DNA of 64,000 nucleotides from Zygnema circumcarinatum SAG 698-1b. Its lineage: Eukaryota > Plantae > Zygnematophyceae. This document shows, piece after piece, positions 59,701 to 64,000 of the stretch. The DNA is taken from NCBI GenBank assembly GCA_037447605.1, contig CM074812.1, positions 62,001 to 126,000 on the forward strand, given 5' to 3'. A program made the translations under genes and the position numbers. Within the stretch, counting starts at the first letter, position 1; every line of letters begins with the position of its first letter. The notes below the pieces were generated by a model that was not told the DNA's origin, searched no databases, and saw nothing but the letters and a program-made list of their open reading frames with translations.

Positions 59701-62503
59701 GCTTAACCCTTCCACCGCCGGGTTTCCTGCAAACCTGCCTCCCGCAGCTAGCGGCTCCGTCAGGCAGGCTGAGAGTGGGTACGGGGGGGGGGAGAGCGGG
59801 AGAGGAGAAGGAGGAGGAGGAGGGGGTTGGGAGAAGGGAAGGGGAAAAGAAAGGGCTGGACTGGACTCTCTTGCGCTTTCTTCTGCTCCCCTGCTAAGTT
59901 CCCGCAACGCGAGGGTGGGCGGAAATGCTGCCCTGTTCTGGACGAGCTTTTAGAGCAGGAGAAAAGGGAGGAGCAGGGCGTACACGTCATAGCAGAACTT
60001 GCTTTGTAGAGCAGGCGGAATTGGCTTCTCAAATGAATTGTTGGCCAGCCTCCTGTGCAGCCCCCGATGCCACGAGCGCGGGTGGTGAGGAGGGCCGCCC
60101 CCCTGAGGTGGTGCAGCTGCCCGGAGAGAGAGGGGGGAGGGAGAGGGGGGGGGGGGGGNNNNNNNNNNGGGAGGGAGGGAGGGAGGGAGGGCACCTTGAG
60201 TCGCTTGACCGCGAGGGGAGCGGGCGGCTCGCCGTTGAGCGCGGGGAGGTCCCCTCTGTAGACGGTGGAGGAGGCGCCGGAGCCGATCTCTGCGGCCCAA
60301 TCGGAGGTGGCCCTGCGGAGCTCGTCCAGCGTGAACCGGCGGATGGCCGACAGGTTCAGTTTCTCCAAACCCTCTGCAGGCACCCGCGCTTTGACCTTTC
60401 TCTCAGTTCCACCAACTGTTGACTTTGGAGTCAGTTTCACAGCAACGTACCTCCTTATACTTCCGGTAGAAGACTTTCCAGGCAGAATTCGCTTACTCTT
60501 GCCATGCTGTACGCGACTAGCCGTCAGAAAAACCAACAGAAAAGAAAGGAAAATCCTACAGAAATTGACGAGCTGCACCTTCAATCTCACGGAGATCCTC
60601 CTCGGAGATGAAGCACTTCTCCTCCACCCTATGGCGAGAGCGAAGGAGTAGGAATGCTAAAAGCGCTGCTGCAAGCAGGACCAAAACTGCCCCTCCCACA
60701 GCTCCGCCTGCAACAGCAGCAACATTCAAGCGGGAGGGCGGCAGAGGAGGCGGCGGCGCGGCGACAAAGGCTGCCATCCCCACATCCCGCAGCGATGGCT
60801 CAACTTGAGAATGGTTGCAAGTCCCCACTATTGCCCACTTCTCAGACCGCAGGCTGAGTGGCACGTTCCGCAGTCACTCTCAAGAGCCCTGCTACTGAGT
60901 TGAGGAAAAGCTTTCTAGGAGTTTTCTCCTTCGGGGAGAGCAAAGTGTGCGGCAGGGAAGGAGGAGGAGGAGGAGGAGGAGAAGGAAGGAAACCTTGAGA
61001 ACAGGGGGGGAAGTTGGCCGAGCTTAACCCTTCCACCGCCGGGTTTCCTGCAAACCTGCCTCCCGCAGCTAGCGGCTCCGTCAGGCAGGCTGAGAGTGGG
61101 TACGGGGGGGGGGAGAGCGGGAGAGGAGAAGGAGGAGGAGGAGGGGGTTGGGAGAAGGGAAGGGAAAAGAAAGGGCTGGACTGGACTCTCTTGCGCTTTC
61201 TTCTGCTCCCCTGCTAAGTTCCCGCAACGCGAGGGTGGGCGGAAATGCTGCCCTGTTCTGGACGAGCTTTTAGAGCAGGAGAAAAGGGAGGAGCAGGGCG
61301 TACACGTCATAGCAGAACTTGCTTTGTAGAGCAGGCGGAATTGGCTTCTCAAATGAATTGTTGGCCAGCCTCCTGTGCAGCCCCCGATGCCACGAGCGCG
61401 GGTGGTGAGGAGGGCCGCCCCCCTGAGGTGGTGCAGCTGCCCGGAGAGAGAGGGGGGAGGGAGAGGGGGGGGGGGGGGNNNNNNNNNNGGGGGGGGAAGG
61501 AGGGGGAGGGGTAGGGGGCTCACAGCGTGGCGAGCTGAGGCAGACCTCCCAACGTTTCGGGAATGAACCCACTGAAGTTGTTGGCACTTGCGTCCAGCGT
61601 GTGCAGCTGCGTCAGCTTCCCCACGCTGCTCGGCTGTACGCCCAACCGCCATGGATGACGCCCTCGTCATCTCACCACTCTATTGAGCACCCGCTCACTC
61701 GCTTCTCATTTTGTGGTGAGGGCATGGAGGATACATACCAGGTCGCCATAGAACTTGTTGCCACTCAGCAGCCTGTACCCCCGCAGTGCCTCAATTCCGG
61801 CGGAGTTCAGTCAGGGCGCAGGCATCCCTCCGTCGCCTGAAGTACAAGTTCGTTTCGCCAGCCTTTGCGAGCGTACCAAGAATTCTGAGCAGGCGAGAGT
61901 CACTCACAGCACTTGCAGGCCTAGAAGATCGCCGATGTATGAGCTGAGGGTGCCCACAATGTTCAGCCCCGCCAGATTGCTGCGCCTCTACCCCCCCTCT
62001 CTACTCAGTCCAGAAGGACACTCCTCACAACCCTGAAGGTAGCCTCCTCTGAGCTACCACTAAGCAGCAGAGAAGCTGCGCAGGAGGAGGTCAGCTAGGA
62101 CGGCCGTTGCATTTCTTGAAGCAAAGGAAACAGCGTGTTCTAGAGTGAGGAGGAGGAGGAGCAGAGAGAGAGAAAGAAGAAAGATGAACGAAAGGCGGCT
62201 CACAGCGTGGAGACTCGGCCGTCCTCGCAGGTGACGTAAGCCCAGGGGCAGGGGTCGGGGTCGTTGGTCCCCACCAGCCACGTGCTCCCCCCGGGGAAGG
62301 CGTCCCCGAAGTTTTCCCTGAGCTTTAGCAGTGTGGCACCTGCCACGCGGCAGCCCCGCGGCCCGCCCCGTCAGCACCGCTCTCCGCCCTTCGCGGCGCC
62401 AGCGCGGGCAGCGGTGGGGGGCGGGCGGGCGCGGCCCACCGTCTTCGGAGGCGGCGACGGCGGCGAGGAAGGCGGCCAGCAGCGCGCCCAGCAGCCGCGC
62501 CAT
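56738..62503 (-). CDS. LRR receptor-like kinase, LRR-II (SERK/NIK/CIK)-like, multi-exon
   Basis: Signal peptide MARLLGALLAAFLAAVAAS; LRRNT DPDPCPWAYVTC; about 4-5 single-LRR exons; Pro-rich juxtamembrane region; TM [101 protein letters not shown]. Confidence 0.9.
58798..60158. repeat. Near-identical copy of 60169-61478 inside the RLK, bounded by N-gaps; probable assembly redundancy
   Basis: Offset about 1320 nt; differences seen only in G/A low-complexity runs. Gaps at 58788-58797, 60159-60168 and 61479-61488. Confidence 0.9.
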
Positions 62504-63009
62504 GGCGCCACCCTCCCCTCCCCTCCACCTCCCTCTCCCTCCCCCTCCCCCTCCCCCTCCCACTCCCCTTCCCCCTCCCCCTCTCCTTCCCACTCCCCTC
62601 CCCNNNNNNNNNNCCCTCCCTCTCCCCTTCCCTCTCCCCTTCCCTCCCCTCCCCTCCCCTCCCCTCCAGCCCCCTCCCCCGCCTTCCCCGCTGCGGCGCT
62701 TGCGGTCCACTGCGGCAGCGGACCCGTTCAGTACCGTACCCGTCTCGTTTGTCGCGTAGCGGCTCGTCCTGCCGCCCTTGCCCAACTGCCAACTGATTTC
62801 GTACGAATTATCCGCTTTGACCGCGTCCCAACGACAGAAAGGAGGACCGATCTCACTAAACGACAACTTCTCCGCACGTCTCAGGATTTCGTATGAAGGT
62901 ACGGCGGATCTGCCTCCGTACGGACCAACGCGGCGGCTGGGGCGGGGGCGGACCGGCGGAAAGGGAGGGGAAGGGGGGGGCTGAGGACGAGGGAGGGAGG
63001 GAGGGAGCC

Positions 63010-64000
63010 ATGGCGGGCGCGGGGGAGGGGGTGCTCCGCCGCCTGCTGCTGCTGCTCGCCGCCATGGTGGTGGCGGGGGGGGGCGTCTTCGCACGTGCGG
63101 CGGCGCAGAGCGCGAAGACGGACGCGGCGGCGCTGAGCGCGTTCCAGCGCGCGCTGAGCGGGGCGGGGGCGAGCGCGCTGGCGGCGCGCTGGAACGCGTC
63201 CGAGAGCGCGCTGTGCGCGTGGCCGGGCGTGGCCTGCGACCAAGCGGGCCGCGTGACGGGACTGCGGCTGGCGGGGAGGGGCCTCGAGGGGCCCATAGCG
63301 CCGGAGTTAGGGGGGCTCGACCGCCTGCTCACGCTCAACCTGGGGGGGAACCGCCTCTCGGGGGCCATTCCGCCTCAGCTTGGCTCCCTGACCGTCTTGC
63401 AGAAGCTCTTCCTGCAGGACAACTTACTGACAGGTGCTATTCCGCCGGAGCTGGGCAATCTCTCGCAGCTGCACGTGCTGGACCTGAGTTCGAGCGAGGA
63501 CAGTTCGTACAACAGCTTTGCAGGGACCGTCATTCCCGGCGAGTTGGGTGAGCTCTCCCGCCTGAGACACCTCCTCCTGAAGGGGCTCGCCCTGGAAGGC
63601 GCCATTCCGCCCGCCCTCTTCACTCTGCCTGCACTGGACGAACTCGACCTCAGCTTCAACCTCCTCTCGGGCGCCATCCCTGCGGAGGCGGCGACCTTCA
63701 GCGGCTCCTTCCTCTCCCTGGCTAACAACAACCTCACAGGCGGCATCCCCGCAGAGCTGCACATGGCCGCCATTCAGACCCTCGACCTGAGTCACAACCC
63801 GCTGGGAGGGCCCTTCCCGCGGAGTCTGCTCGCGCTGAACCAGACGCTGCTGAACCTCGTGCTTTCTGCTGCCGAGCTCGAGGGCCCCCTCCCTGCGGAC
63901 ATTGGCTCCCTTTTCAGCAGCCATGGGGATGACCTTTACGGTGGGGCCTTCGCCCCCAGCAGTCAGCTCTTTCTGGACGGGAATCGCCTGACTGGTCACA
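63010..64000 (+). CDS. Large-ectodomain LRR receptor (RLK or RLP), 5' part only
   Basis: Open frame from gccATGg at 63010 to the window end (absent from the ORF track because it has no stop): signal peptide, KTDAAALSAF...WNASESALCAWPGVAC, then plant-type LxxLxLxxNxLxGxIP repeats with no intron. Confidence 0.93.
   Translation, partial: MAGAGEGVLRRLLLLLAAMVVAGGGVFARAAAQSAKTDAAALSAFQRALSGAGASALAARWNASESALCAWPGVACDQAGRVTGLRLAGRGLEGPIAPELGGLDRLLTLNLGGNRLSGAIPPQLGSLTVLQKLFLQDNLLTGAIPPELGNLSQLHVLDLSSSEDSSYNSFAGTVIPGELGELSRLRHLLLKGLALEGAIPPALFTLPALDELDLSFNLLSGAIPAEAATFSGSFLSLANNNLTGGIPAELHMAAIQTLDLSHNPLGGPFPRSLLALNQTLLNLVLSAAELEGPLPADIGSLFSSHGDDLYGGAFAPSSQLFLDGNRLTGH

Noticed and set aside
62060-63999. 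Long minus-strand ORFs (344, 170 and 191 aa)
   Set aside because: Antisense shadows of the GC-rich LRR gene, or read-through across the promoter and an N-gap.

Overview
Gene-dense, intron-rich eukaryotic nuclear DNA from a green plant lineage. The plant-type orthologues, GC-rich exons and intron style point to a streptophyte (charophyte) alga; this is inference. Twelve protein-coding genes can be supported, in order: HEATR6/DUF4042-like (-, runs off the left edge), plant coiled-coil protein (+), probable kinetochore DSN1/Mis13-like (-), GT10 alpha-1,4-fucosyltransferase (-), mitochondrial PDH E2-like (+), peroxisomal adenine nucleotide carrier (+), GPI-anchored fasciclin (-), two-B3-domain protein (-), PRP22/DHX8 (+), TRAPPC10/TRS130 (-), LRR-II (SERK/NIK-like) receptor kinase (-) and a divergently transcribed large-LRR receptor (+, runs off the right edge). 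A ~1.4 kb non-autonomous DNA transposon with ~200 bp TIRs lies at 34741-36139. Two apparent tandem duplications bounded by N-gaps are probably assembly artefacts. The three best leads are: (1) a fasciclin with a His/Met-rich predicted mature N-terminus under 9 GTAC (CuRE/SBP) cores in 150 bp, a candidate cell-surface copper-scavenging module; (2) an E2-like PDH subunit whose catalytic DHR motif reads DQR, giving an E3BP-like architecture; (3) a head-to-head LRR receptor / SERK-like co-receptor pair. Family assignments come from recalled motifs, not searches, and exon boundaries were read by eye.
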